Assembly (NCBI GenBank): GCA_013239625.1
Contig: MU054212.1
Location: forward strand, 2,790,001-2,854,000
Source: Lama guanicoe
Taxonomy: Eukaryota
Reading direction: 5' to 3'
Length of the DNA stretch: 64,000 bases
In this document: one piece after another, positions 1 through 12,060 of the stretch
Layout: every line of letters starts with the position of its first letter
Numbering within the stretch: position 1 is the first letter of the stretch
The notes under the pieces: generated by a model
What the model was told of the DNA's origin: nothing
The model's database searches: none
Seen by the model: the letters and a program-made list of their open reading frames with translations, nothing else
Translations under genes and position numbers: made by a program

Positions 1-329
1 CAGGGATGGGGAGTATGCTCAGGAGAAGCACTGGGAGTACCCCCGCCCCCGCACCATGGACATTGTCAGAGGCCAGAGGTCACAGATAAAATCCAGGGCA
101 GAGGGTTCACAGGGGAAACTGGTGCCTCTGGATGGGCATCCCACAGTGGTTATTACAGGGCAGTGAGGACAGTAATTTTGTGAAAACTCAGCCTTCCATC
201 CAGACTGGTTCTAACTGCTCGAATTCTCTGAACCCTCTGGATTGAAGATATTTACTTTGGGGAGCTGAGCAGAAGTCCCAACAGTCAGTCAACATTTATT
301 AGACTCTCACCGTCTGCAAGCGTGTCCAC

Positions 330-480
330 CTTCCCACTTCACACTCGCAGCACCGCTGGGACTTGTGGCAGCAGAGTATTTTATACCCATTTTACAGATG
401 AGGAAATTGAGGCTTAGCAGGGCCGCATCACACCCTCCATGAAGCTGGGTAAGAAGCCTGGGCTCCCACTCTGCACGTTC
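330..480. mobile_element. MIR SINE relic
   Basis: MIR core motif cccattttacagatgaggaaattgaggctt. Boundaries approximate. Confidence 0.65.
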
Positions 481-1241
481 CACTTCAGGGGACAGGTTGG
501 AGTCTTGTGTGGAAAACTCACATTCCAGGCAGAACTTCAAGCACTAGAGAAATAAGAACCTAAGAAATCACATCCACGTTGGAAAGCTTGCTGCCTTTCA
601 CGCCATCCGTCCCCTCAGAGAGGGTCTGGCTGGGTCTCTTCTCAGCGGGTGAGAACAGGCAGAGCCTTCTGTCCACAGGGCTTCCTTCTGTGGGACACGG
701 AGTCTGACCCTGAGCCCAAATGGGATTCTGAGATCACCCGGGGCCTGTCCTTGCTGGATGAACCCAGGGCTCGAGGGCAAACGGGAAGTAGGAGGGTCCT
801 CCCCAACCCTGTGACAATGCAATTTCTTTTTTTCTCTCCAACACTACCTTCTCCTAGGGATGCAGTGGGAGAAATTCTCAGGGAGTTCCAGAGGAGTTTG
901 GCTAACTGCTGTAACATATGGAGAAGGGGACTGCGGCTGCCAGCACTTAAACCTTCGATGTGGCAGTGCTGTTTTCAAGGCAGCACTGGCTTCTGACTCC
1001 AGCAGCGAGCTGCAGGCCGGCCGCGGGGAAGCCCGAATGATTTACTCCAGCTGCAGCGCAGGCCCGACCGGCTGGAGAAGAGAGAGTCTGGAAAAGTTGT
1101 CTCTGAAGTAAGTTGCTTATATGCCATTAAAGACACAAGTTGAATAACTTGTCTTTAGTGGCATATAACATTAAAAAATTTGTCAATATCCCATAAAAGA
1201 TTTAAAAAATATTTTAAAATCTTGTGTTTGAAGAAAAACCT

Positions 1242-1546
1242 CAAGTAGACCTTGGAGATATGCAGGTTTGGTTCCCAACCACTGCAATAAAGAGAATATT
1301 GCAATAAAGTGAGTCACACAATTTTTTTTGGTTTCCCAGTGCATAAAAAGTTACGATGACACGATAGTCTATTAAGTGTGCAATAGCATTAAGTCTGAAA
1401 AACAAAGTACATGCCTTAATTAAAAATACTTTATGGTTAAGAAATTCTGACCAGCATCTGACAACACAGGGTTGTCACAAACCTTTAATTTGAAAAAAAC
1501 AAAAAGCCTGACATCTGTGAAGCGTAATAAAATGGAGGTGTGCCTG
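1242..1546 (-). mobile_element. Tigger1-derived non-autonomous DNA transposon (internal deletion derivative, TcMar-Tigger)
   Basis: Both Tigger1-like termini are present ~300 bp apart (…ccttggagatatgcaggtttggttcccaaccactgcaataaag and …gaagcgtaataaaatggaggtgtgcctg). The right end is followed by TA. Confidence 0.8.
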
Positions 1547-1604
1547 TAAAATAGCAGTAACGCGACGATACAAGCACAGGGCCTTTCCAGGCCGAGACTG
1601 GAAA

Positions 1605-1618
1605 CTGCCATCTGCTGG
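1605..1618 (-). promoter_or_regulatory. Candidate CTCF core motif CCAGCAGATGGCAG
   Basis: Matches the CCASYAGRKGGCR core consensus. Motif only, no binding evidence. Confidence 0.35.
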
Positions 1619-1647
1619 GGACGGGTTCATCCCCTAAACCACACCCA

Positions 1648-1818
1648 CAGCTGGCTGCCCCGGCCTGTGGCCTAGATGGTCACACAGGGCCTGCGCTCAA
1701 GACCCTGAACTTGGTGCAGTGCCCTCCTGCTGCCATCCTGAAATTCCGAACACTCGTTCAGCAAGGGGCCCTGTGTCTTCATTTTGCGCTGGGGCCCTGA
1801 GCTATGTGGCCGTGCCTG
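1648..1818. mobile_element. hAT-Tip100-type MITE relic (MER45A-like)
   Basis: Motifs gtcacacagggcc, ctgaaattc, caaggggccc, ttcattttgcgctggggccc and tatgtggccg match the recalled consensus. Confidence 0.55.
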
Positions 1819-2254
1819 CCTCACTGGTTCCCTGTCCCTGCAGAATGAAGTCCTGACCTGTAAGCTCCCCGGGCCCAGCCCTGCACACTTCCCGGCCCTC
1901 CCTTCTGCTCTCTGCTCCGGGCTCAGGGCGGCTCTTCCCAGGCTCGGCTCCTCTGCACTCCCCGCACGGGCTCTCGCCTCTGGCTGTGCTGGGCTGACCC
2001 TGGCCTGGGAGGCTTCTCCCTCCTCCACCTCCTCGGGCAGTGTCCTCTTCTCCTTCCTCCCTCCTTGAGCATCCCTCCTCCTGCCACTGGTCCATCTCGG
2101 ATGCTCACATCCCTGTGCAATCATCCGCCACACCCTCCGTGTTACACCTGCATCCTGTGTGTCTGCCCCTCCACCCAGTGAGCCCCTCCAGGCAGGCACT
2201 GGGCCCAGCATCCATCCCCAGCCCCAAACGTCAGAGGCGGGGTGTGGCACGAGG

Positions 2255-2512
2255 CAGGGCCAACTTCTCCACTAGGTACAGCACACACAGGGCCTGGGGC
2301 CCAGCAAAATGTTTTAATTTCTTTTAAAAACAGAAGAATGACTATGATAATAATAAATATATAATATTAATATATAAATCCAGCCTGGATTATATTTGTC
2401 TTCATGCCAATACAGTCATAAAATATAATTTTTCCTGTTTTTTTTTTTAATAGAGGAAGGGGCCCACAGAGGTAAAGGTGCCTTGGATCCCAAAAGGCCC
2501 AGCATGGCCCTG
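2255..2512. mobile_element. hAT-Tip100-type MITE relic (ORSL-like)
   Basis: Terminal inverted ends cagggcc…ggccctg, AT-rich core, ggggccca subterminal motifs. Confidence 0.55.
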
Positions 2513-3794
2513 TGTGTTTGGCATTACCTGTATTATCAGATGCCCCATAACTTCTGTCCTCAGGTTCCAGCAGCAGCAAGAGAGTAAGCCAGACAATTCT
2601 GAAGGTTTGTTAAGAGTGGGTGGGAAACGTGCTCTGAGATCCCCCTGCCCCCAGGCAGCCTAAGAGAACAGTGCGCTGTGATCACGGCTTTAGGGGGGGA
2701 GGCTGCCGTGACTGCCGATCCGTCAAGGGCGCAGGCTGGCACCGCTCCTCCGGGCAGGCCCTCCTGGTGAGGCGTGGAGCAGGGCGCACTCTGCCTGTTC
2801 TCCCTCCACGGGATGAAGGCCCTCTGGTATCCTGGGGACCCAGGCAGCCCCCAGGAGTCTTTGCTGGAGTGGATGCTGGTCATGAAAGCTTAATTCTTGC
2901 GTTTATTTTTTTTCAGGAAATTCCTTTTAACTCCTGGCTTAATGGAATAGTGAGAAGCAAGTGATGAACAACAAAGGTTCTTCATGCCTCACGGGTAAAT
3001 TCATTACCTCCTCTGTGTCTGAGGGCACTAGGAGCCTTGGGACAAATGCCTGTAGGGTTAGTCACAAAACTCCCCTGAGGTCAAGCACCCAGAACTGACA
3101 GTGCAGTGGGCTTGTGGGGGCACCCTTGTGTCACTGCGGGGGCCCAGGATGAGCACTAGGGCAATCTGGATCAAGGTACCAGCACCAGTGTTTCTAGCTG
3201 TGAGTGGGGCAGTGCCCTTCCCAAGCCATGATGGTATGCCAGGTTCTGGGCAAAAGACTACAAGCACTTCCCAGTTCAGCCTCACCACAGTGCTCTCAGG
3301 GAGGTACCATTGCACCCATTTCACAGAAGAGGAAACTGAGGTATAGAGGGGATATAGAGAAACAAGATGAATTGTTCAGTGGATGACCCTCAAGGTGTCT
3401 GGCAACAGGGTCTCTGGGACAGAGGTGGGAGGGCTGGCCATGGTCTTGACTTGCTCACTGTCTCCAGATCCTGGGCACTGGCACTCCAGCACCTCTTTGA
3501 ACAGACCTGTCTATGCTCAGACTTCTGAGTACCCTGACACGATTTGTCCCTCACCCTTCAAGATTGATTTTATGGCTGTTAGAAAGAGAGCTTTTGTCCC
3601 CTGGAGCACAAGCATGGTGCTCCTGCAGGGGGAACAGCACCCAGGCCCCAGCTGCCCCTTCTCCCCGTGAGTTCCAGCATCCCCAGTGACCAGCGCAGCT
3701 GCCTGTGTCCGTTAGCATAACCGAGGTCACACAGCTGGCCAGAGGCTGAGCCAGGACTTACACTTCACTGAGTGAGTCTAGAACCTGTGCTCTG

Positions 3795-3934
3795 TGCGGG
3801 AGGGTACAGCTCAGTGGTGGAGTGTGTGCTTAGTGTGCACGAGGGCCTACGTTCAATCCCCACTTCCTCCATTAAAAAAAATGAATAAATAAACCTAATT
3901 ACCTCCCCCCACAACCAGAAACACACCCAGTTAT
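3795..3934 (+). mobile_element. Camelid tRNA-derived SINE (Vic-1-like) with degenerate TSD
   Basis: tRNA-like head with A box (agctcagtggtgg) and B box (gttcaatccc), and tail aaataaacctaattacctccccc. Flanked by tagaacctgtgctctg (3779-3794) and tagaacctgtgtgctg (3935-3950). Confidence 0.85.
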
Positions 3935-6111
3935 TAGAACCTGTGTGCTGAACCACTGCTTTCTACTGAAGTCTTTCTGCTTAAGTGCTGTTTCTTCATC
4001 AGAAACAGCCTAAGTAAACCTTGCCCTGGCTTTCTCCCCAGGTGTCTGGGAAGGTCAGAAGAGCTGATGCAGGCAAAAGCACTTGGTAAGTTGAAAGTGC
4101 TATGCTTCTTGGCTTAATACCCCCCCCATCACTCACCCCCTTCACCTTCAAATTCCTTAGTCAACGGCTGACTTTGTTGTCTTGATTTGGGGCAGAAACG
4201 ATTTCTGATAAGCAAAATTACTGTCACGTGCAAGGTCAAAGCTCTCTCGGTGGCTATATTTCAGGATGGTGTGGTGACAGGAGGATGGCAGGCCGATGTC
4301 AGGATGTCTGACTTCTGGTCTCGGTCATGTCATTGTCCTCATTTTCCACCTTTAAATGTGGGCGCCATCCTTTCATTCTCGAACACTCTGCTATGACCAG
4401 ACTCTCTTAGACACTGGGGACAGGAAGAAACTCTCACTTCTGGCCTTGAAGAGGTGCAGCCTAGTCTTCCCGGCTGTGTTTTGACTGTAGATCATACTGT
4501 TGTTTGCAGCTGTGTGCTGCCCTTCTTGTGAGAGGACTGTTTTCCTCTGTCTCAGTAACGTTGACTTGGGCGGGTGACTTCCACTGGCCACCGAGATGTG
4601 AGTGACAGTGGCATGTGGACTTGTGAGCACGTCTCCACCGCTCCTTTGGTTCTTCTTCCTCTGTGATGATACCAGCTTGCCCCAGAGAGGGCTGCACCCG
4701 CAGCCTTGGTTCTGGAATGGAAGCAAAGCTGTAGTTGACTCAGAGAAGACGTGAAGTGTGAGCGAGAAAGAAACCTGTTGTTGTTGTTGTAAGACTCAGA
4801 TTTGGGGGGACATTGGTTCTGCAGCCTAGCCCAGCAAAAGCTGAGTGATTCAGAAGGAAAGAAGTGGGCTCTACTTTTCTGCTCCCTTGTTTTATCCGTT
4901 TGGTGATAAACACAGTAATCCTCATGACTAAATTGATAGATTTCATGTAGCGTAAAAACTTGGTTCATTCCTTTCTTGTCTTGTGAGCCTTGGGGTCTAG
5001 GCAGCCACGGAGGAAGTCCACCGCCCACTTGCCTACGGCCCTGGTGGCCCTTGGGTCCCAGACTTGAGCATTTCTGTGCCACTGTTTCTGGTGAGTGGTT
5101 GGTTCTTTGTGTCGAAATTGCCCTGAGCTGCTTCCCTGCCCACGTGTGTAAAAGGCAGGATCCTGGGGTGGTTTGTCCTTCGTGTTGAGTTAGGAGTTCA
5201 CACTGGAAAGAAGCTCTCTGTTAGACAATCGTGAACGGGGTGCAGAGGAGGCTGCTGCCTGTCTGCTTTCCTGAGTTCCATCAGAATCCACCCCTGACAG
5301 GTGCCCTGAGTCCCTTCTCCCTTTTGTCTCTAATTTCTTCTGTTTACTCGTGGTTACTCTTTTTCTTTCCCGTTGCATGGAACTGGAGGCGCAGAGCCAG
5401 CCCCTGCAGACGGTCCGACTTGGAAGACAGAGTTTCTTCGTGCTAGTACTGAGCACCTCCCACAGCCTCACGTCCCCGTAGGATGGCACTACCCAAGGCC
5501 CGCCCTGCCTGCCCCCTTCCCTCCCTCTTTCACTCCTTCATCCTTTCTTTCTTCCAGCAAATAGACATTGAGCCCCAGGGATATTCCAAGTCACCACTGT
5601 AGGCCCTGGAGAGGCTTCAGTGAATGAAACAGATCAGGAGGTTCCTCCCAACAGCTGGGGGAGTGGGTTGGAATGTCGTTCTTTTATGCAGGAACCTGCA
5701 GTATTGGTATGATCCCATTATTTTTTCAGTTATTCTAAATGCAGACCTCTGGGTAGAGGTAAGACTGACGGATGAGCAGATGAAGGCGGGACTGGGAACA
5801 GAAGGTCACTAACAGTCTCTCCTGGAAAATCTCTCTGTAGGTTTATCAGGCTGGGCCTTGCTATCTTCTAAAGGTTGGAGCTAGGATGGGGATAAGAGAC
5901 CGTTAAGTCCAGCGCTCTGCGGAATTTCTACCCAGGGGCCCTAGAGGGAGGGCAGCGCAAATCACTGTGCCTGAATGAGACAGACTTAGCGTGAAGCTGC
6001 CAGATAGAAGGGAGGTGTCTTTGAAATATCTTTTGTGATTTAAACATTAATCTAACTTTTTGCATGCTTTTTATATCATAGCTATTTTTTTCATATAAAA
6101 ATTATCCTCCC

Positions 6112-6398
6112 AAGACTATATATTGTATGATAACACTTACATGCAATGCCCAGAATAGGCAAATCTCTGGAGACAGAAAGTAGATTAGTGGTCGCCTAGG
6201 GCTTCAAGGGCCGGGGAACAGGGGAGGAGACAGCTAAATGGTGCAGGCTTTCTTTTTAGGGTGATGGAAATGATCTAAAATTGATTGTGTGATGGTTGCA
6301 CATTCCGTGAATATTTAAAAAAAACCACATTGAATCATGTACTTTAAATGGGTATGTTGTATGTGATATGAATTATAGCTCATAAAGCTGTTAAAAAA
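6112..6398 (+). mobile_element. L1M (L1MB-like) 3' end fragment
   Basis: ataggcaaatc…agacagaaagtagattagtggt…gggtgatggaaatg…tactttaaatggg…aaagctgttaaaaaaa. Degenerate TSD aaaattatcctccc / aaaattgtcccccc. Confidence 0.8.
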
Positions 6399-9300
6399 AT
6401 TGTCCCCCCCAATCTTCATGTAAAGTTGGCATTCTGGTAAGTTGAGTAACGTGTACGTTTCCACCATTGAGTAAGCTGGGGTTAAATGCATCCATTTGAG
6501 AAGGGAGATTCTGGTCTAACCTTACCGGTTACAGATTTATAGAAGCCTGAGGAGGAGATGGGACTTGCCCAAGGCCTCCAGAGTAGGGAGCAAAGCCAGG
6601 CTTCTGAGTCCCAGTCCAGGGCCACAGGGGAAGCCTCCGAATGTGCTTTGCGCTCAGCTTGGCATCCACCTTGTTTCACTTCCCTGCATCATCTACTTTC
6701 TGAGTCGGTTCAGCCACATATGGTCCCTGGTCTGTGTGTTTAGCCCTCTTCTCTTGGCTGTCTCTGGCTTTCCATGTCCTGCATGTTCCCAAAACAAGTG
6801 GCTAAACCTGCGGACCCCTCACCCTCACCTTCCGCAGGGGCTGGGTGGCCGTGGCGGGTGGAGGAGGGGCCCCACCCGTTCTTGCCAAGGGCGCCACTGA
6901 GCCAAAGGCCGGCTCTGCCTTCAGAAGCTGTGGGAGGAAGAGCCACTGTCTGTTTAATCATGAAAGAACCAGCAGTATCTGGATGGAATCTCAGCCAGGA
7001 CACTTTCATCCTAACCTGTCCAGCGTTAGGCAAGCTGTGAACATGAGCTGCTGCCATCAGAGGTGAGGAGGGCTTGTGTGTTACCTACAGCCCCCACGCC
7101 GGCCTTCTCCACATCACCCGTGCCCAGGGACCCACCAGGGTGTCCAGAGCGAGGCCCCTCCCTGCCAGTGAGGGGCAAGCTCATAGTGTCTCTGGTGACC
7201 TTGGGGTCTGCCTTCCACTTGGCTCTGTAGAGTTCCTGCATCCGTTTGTTCTTGAGATCTTTACAAAGGTCTTGTGACATAGGCAAGGCAGATATCATTT
7301 ACCTTCCTTTTTCAGATATGGAAACCAAGGCTTAATGCAAGTTATTTGCCCAAGGCTTTTAAGCCAAACAAGTGAGGGAGCTGGGTCTGCTCCAGACTGC
7401 GAGACCAGGCTATTTCCACCACACCCCAAGCCCAGCTCAGCAGCAGCCATGGGGAATAGTGCAAAAAGTGGCCCATGGCCTTAGAGGGACAGTGTGAACA
7501 TTCATCATCAAGCATTTGAAGACCAGCTCCAGAATCGTTTCGTTTTAAATCCATGCCCAGGGCTGAAATTAGACTTAGAAGATGTGAGAGACAGCAGTCC
7601 TCAGTGTACTCAGAAGTTATCTCCTCACAACTAACTGTCCCCTCCTCCCTTTCAGGCATGTGAGAGGTCAGGAATGAGCGGTCGTCGGCAGGGATGACAG
7701 TGTGAAAGAGTTCACATGGACAGTTTAATGCCCAAGTGTCCAGCAGATGAGCGACCGGCCCTGGTCACTCCAACAGGGAGCTAGTCCTTACAGAGCCCAG
7801 AGAAGGAAACGTTTGAAGGAAGTCTGGGGTCTGGAATGAGGGGGTCAGGACATAGTTATTTCCCTGCCAGACAAGATCCCCTGCCCCACTGATTGAAGTT
7901 CAGATGTCTTATTGTTTTTGAATTAGATTCATAAGATTAAAAATAATCTGATTATCTAGTCTAGAATTTTTAAAGCACTTTTAAAAAGCTTTAGAACTCT
8001 TTTTCCCCCAAAATAAATAAAAATTCATACATCTGAGAAAAGGAAATCTGGGTAAAAGCAGCACTTGGGGGGTGAGCTACCCAAGGCCCCATCCTCCAAT
8101 TGTTATGGGAGCCCCTCCAAGTCCTCGAACTGCCCTGAAGACTGCTGGTTTAGTCTCTCATTTCACATACGGGGAAACGAGGTGTAATAGTAGTGCTCAT
8201 GAGTATATTTTACCACATCTTACTGTGTGCTTGTCTTTTTATTCCCAATGGCCCCACAAGACAGGTGTTATGTTCTGGAATTATCAGAAGAGGAACTTGA
8301 GCCTCAGGAAGGCTAGGCAACTTGCTGGAAGTCTCCCAGAGAATGCGTGCAGGACAGAGGGCTTATGTCCAGGACTGGCTGGCTGCAAAGGCAGCTCTGG
8401 GCCAAGTGCTCAAAAACACAGATTTCCCCCAGACCCAGGCTTTGTAGGAACAAGACCTTAATGTTGAGACTTGATGTAGATTTGTTTTTCTACCCCAGAA
8501 AAGGCCAGCTTTCATGATACCTACTTTGAACAGTGGAAGAGCCCTAATTGATAGGTCTTCGATCGAGTATGTGGCTGTTGGTGTCCTAGAGGAGGTGTTG
8601 GCTGTTTGTCAGTGACTGAGACAAAAGTCAGACCAACTTCTGAAAGTCGCCTTGAAGCTGGGGCAGCAGGGACGAGGTGTCTCCATCCCTGACACAGAAC
8701 AATGCTGTCACTGAGAATGACTTCTGCTGATAGTTGATGTTTGTGCAGGGAACTTGGCATTGTAGAAAGTTAAGAACTTTGGAAGCATCTGGCCCAGTGC
8801 CCTCATTTTACAGATTCAAAAAGTGAGATATGGAGTCACAAAAAAGGAAGAGGAGGAGGAAGAGGAGATGGCCCAGGGAAGCCACGCCCCCAGCAGTGCG
8901 GTGGTTGTGGTGGTTGTGAGCTAAGAGCACCTGCATTGGAGTAGAGCACCAGGAACAGCAGCTGTGGCTTCTTCATCCAGCAGCTACAGGATGAGAACTT
9001 GTCATGTGCCGGATTCTGTTTGGGGTGTGGGACACATGTGTGAACAAAACACAAAGACCCCTGCCCGCAGGGAGCTCACAGCCCAGCGGGTGAGCCAGAC
9101 AAGACACAGTCATCCTCTTGGTGGTCTTCAGAGTTCACTGGCCGTGCAACCCAGGAGTGCAAAGTTTTTGATGCTCTTCCTCCACTGTAAGTCTGTTTAT
9201 TTGTAAATTATATACACGTGCATCTCTACTGTACTGTATTATGTATATTTAAATCTATTCCCGAATAGAAAAATTTAAAGAACAAATTAAAATAGACCCA

Positions 9301-9495
9301 AGATGGTCCAACATTTTTTTTTTCTCTTCCCAGTTAGATTGGATTAGGAACAGATTTGGAATACTCTGGGGAATTCTGGACCAGTGCCCTACAAGCTAGA
9401 AAATTTAAGAATTCTGAGGTCAAACGTTCAGTTTTAGGTTGTTTTTTATTCTAAGTTGCAGTCCTCTCTTATAATATCATTACTTCATTCAAAAA

Positions 9496-9746
9496 TTTTT
9501 TTTAAAAATTGTGGCAAATTGACATAACATAAAATTTACCATTTTAACCATCTTGAAGTGCACAGCTCAGTGGCATTAAGCACATTCACATTACTGTGCA
9601 ACCGTCACCACCATCCATGTGCAGAACTTCTTCCTCTCCCCAGACTGAAACTCTGCACCCATTTAACAACTCCCTCCCCACCCCCTCCCCACCCTGTGGA
9701 CTCACCATTCCGCTTTCTGCCTCCATGAATTTGACTACCCTGGGTC
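9496..9746 (-). mobile_element. L1M (L1MB-like) 3' end fragment
   Basis: acataaaatttaccattttaaccat…cagtggcattaagcacattcac…actgaaactctgcaccc…gaatttgactac. Confidence 0.8.
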
Positions 9747-11599
9747 AGTAATTATTTTTAAGCTCCTGTGATGACTCAGGTGGCAGTTTGGCTCACGGGA
9801 TTCAGTGGTGAACAAGGCAAATGAAGTTTCTGCCCTTCAACCTCCAGTAAAGGCTGCTTTAACTCGCCTCACCCAGGACTGCTTTAGGTTAGTGTCTGGA
9901 AAGGCAAGGAGGTGGGCAGTGCCCAAGCTTGTGGCCAAGTGTGGTAGACAGGACAGGTGAGCTAAGAAGGGGTGCGGGCGGTGAGGCTGGAACTGAGTGA
10001 GACCTGACTGGTGACGACCTAATAAAAGAGAAGTACCTTCCCAAGGAATTCCTAAAACATTGGGGGAGAGGTGGGACTTACTGCATTAGGTAGGTTGAGG
10101 CTGTATTTATTTTTATCGAATGACAGAGAGAAGATGATCCCAAAAAGCTGTGTGGACACAGGAACATTAAGGTATCATTTATTAGTAGTAACCTTCAAAT
10201 GACTGAGGCTTCAGGGCATGGGAAGACCAGGTTTCAAGTGGAGAGCAGGCTAGAGGGACTGGGTGGTCCTCCTCCCGTGAAGCGCGGCCGGGTGGCTGGA
10301 AGCCTCCCCCGCCCTGCCCCTCCGCCTGCCTTTACCTTAGGATAAAATTATACATTTCCAATTACAGGGCTGGTCAAAAATCAATACAAAGGTGGGAGAG
10401 AACAGATCATTTTTCTTATGGAAGTCACCGTTTTCATTAATTTTTCATTAGTGCTGCCTCTGTTTGGCTATCCATCACAGGCGGGGCTGTAGCCTGCCTT
10501 TCCGCGAGGGTGCATGCTTCTTGGATTCAGGAGATAGTGGTTGATAAAGCCAGCACGTTACTGCCAGGACTGCTGCCTGTGGAACCGGTCTGGGTGACTG
10601 TTCTTGGACCATTCCGTTGGTTAAAACATGCTTCAGACTATCAGGTTTCCACTCACCAAAACTCAGCCCTAACTCTCTTGCAGACATTCCGTCTATAGAA
10701 TAAGGTTGGGCGTCTGTTCTGTTTCTTTTCGGGGATGTCTGTAAGTCAGTCTCTTGGTGGGTCCACTTGGCAGGTGCACTTGGCTAAAGCTTGCCTTTGG
10801 AGCTGGGGTCTCAGTGGGGAGGGGGGGAAGGGCAGGGTCCTGGGTCTTTGCACGTGTACTTCCCTGTGCTTTCAGTGCAGTTATTTTATCCTTAAACTCC
10901 TCCCCTCCGCTCCCTAACCTCAGCCTGCTCCATCCCCCTCAGCAGCTTAAACATCTTCTCCATGAAGACCTCACAATCCTGCACCTTCTCAGAATTGCTC
11001 GACCAGTAAATCTTACCTCCGCTCTCCTCCTGATGCCCTTCACGCTGTGCTGTGTGGTCTCCTCCCGTGGGCCTCCCCTAACCAGCCTTGTGTTACCTGA
11101 GGACAGGGCAGTGGCTTTTTAGTTTTGGATTTTCAGCACCTTAGAGCACCTGGCGAATGGGAGGTGATTAATGAATGTTTATTAAATGAAAGAAACGACT
11201 GGCAGTCTTTCCTTGCTGTGTGTAAGCCAGACTCAGAACTCCCATCAGCAGTGGAGGCGAGGCAGGCCTGACACTCCCCCAGTTGACTTGTTCTATTGAT
11301 GTCTGAAGAGCTAAGCACTAACCCCAGCTCTGTGGCCAGTTAGCTGTGGACCCAGGAATAAGTCACTGACGTGGTTCTCTTCCAGCCCTAACGTCCTTAA
11401 CCCCAAGAACCCCTGCCCTTGGGGAAGAATTCCCCATGTGTCACTTCTCCAGCTGCATGACCCGTGGGCCTCCGATGCTAACCCTGGGCGGCCCCTGCCC
11501 GGGTCCCTGGGTTGACTCTCTCTCCTTCTCAGGCCTTAGAGGCCTGTCTGGAGTTACGCCTGCGTCTCTGGTTGTTAACCCAGCCCCTCAGCCCGCTCC

Positions 11600-12060
11600 T
11601 GGCCTGGCTCCATCAATTATCTCGGGACCCATTCTTATTTTCTAAGATGTGTATGAACATGACTACATTTTGGATGACTGCCCTCATGAGACGCATTTTC
11701 GTTCCCCCAGAAAGTTCCTTCGAGCCCCTTTCCGGGCATTAGCCCCCTCCCCCGTGCCCCCACCCTAGTGGTGCCCACCACTCTAACCCCCGTCCCTGGG
11801 AGCCAGCGTGACCGCTACTCTAACCCCCGTCCCTGGGAGCCAGTGTTGCCAGTTCTGGAACTTCACAAGCCAGACAGCACCTGTTCCTTCGGTTGCTCAT
11901 TTTTCTCATTCAGCGTAACATTTTTGGGATTCATTTGTGCTGTTGCATGTCCCTGGAGTTCATCCTTTTTAATGAGGCTATTTTTCTGTTTGACTAAATC
12001 ACAGTTTGTTTACCAGTTCTTTCACTGGTAGACATTTGGACTGGTTCCAGTTTTGACCTT
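11600..12060 (-). mobile_element. Old L1 (L1ME-like) 3' fragment
   Basis: ccccagaaagttcc, ttgccagttctggaacttc, ttcagcgtaacatttttgggattcatt, gacatttggactggttccagtttt. Confidence 0.55.

Noticed and set aside
1672..2250. 192-aa minus-strand ORF
   Set aside because: Low-complexity GC-rich translation overlapping a MITE relic, with no recognisable domain; chance ORF.
3795..3870. Possible tRNA gene
   Set aside because: A and B boxes are present, but it is the degenerate head of a SINE with tail and TSD.
4552..5082. 176-aa minus-strand ORF
   Set aside because: No recognisable homology or exon structure.
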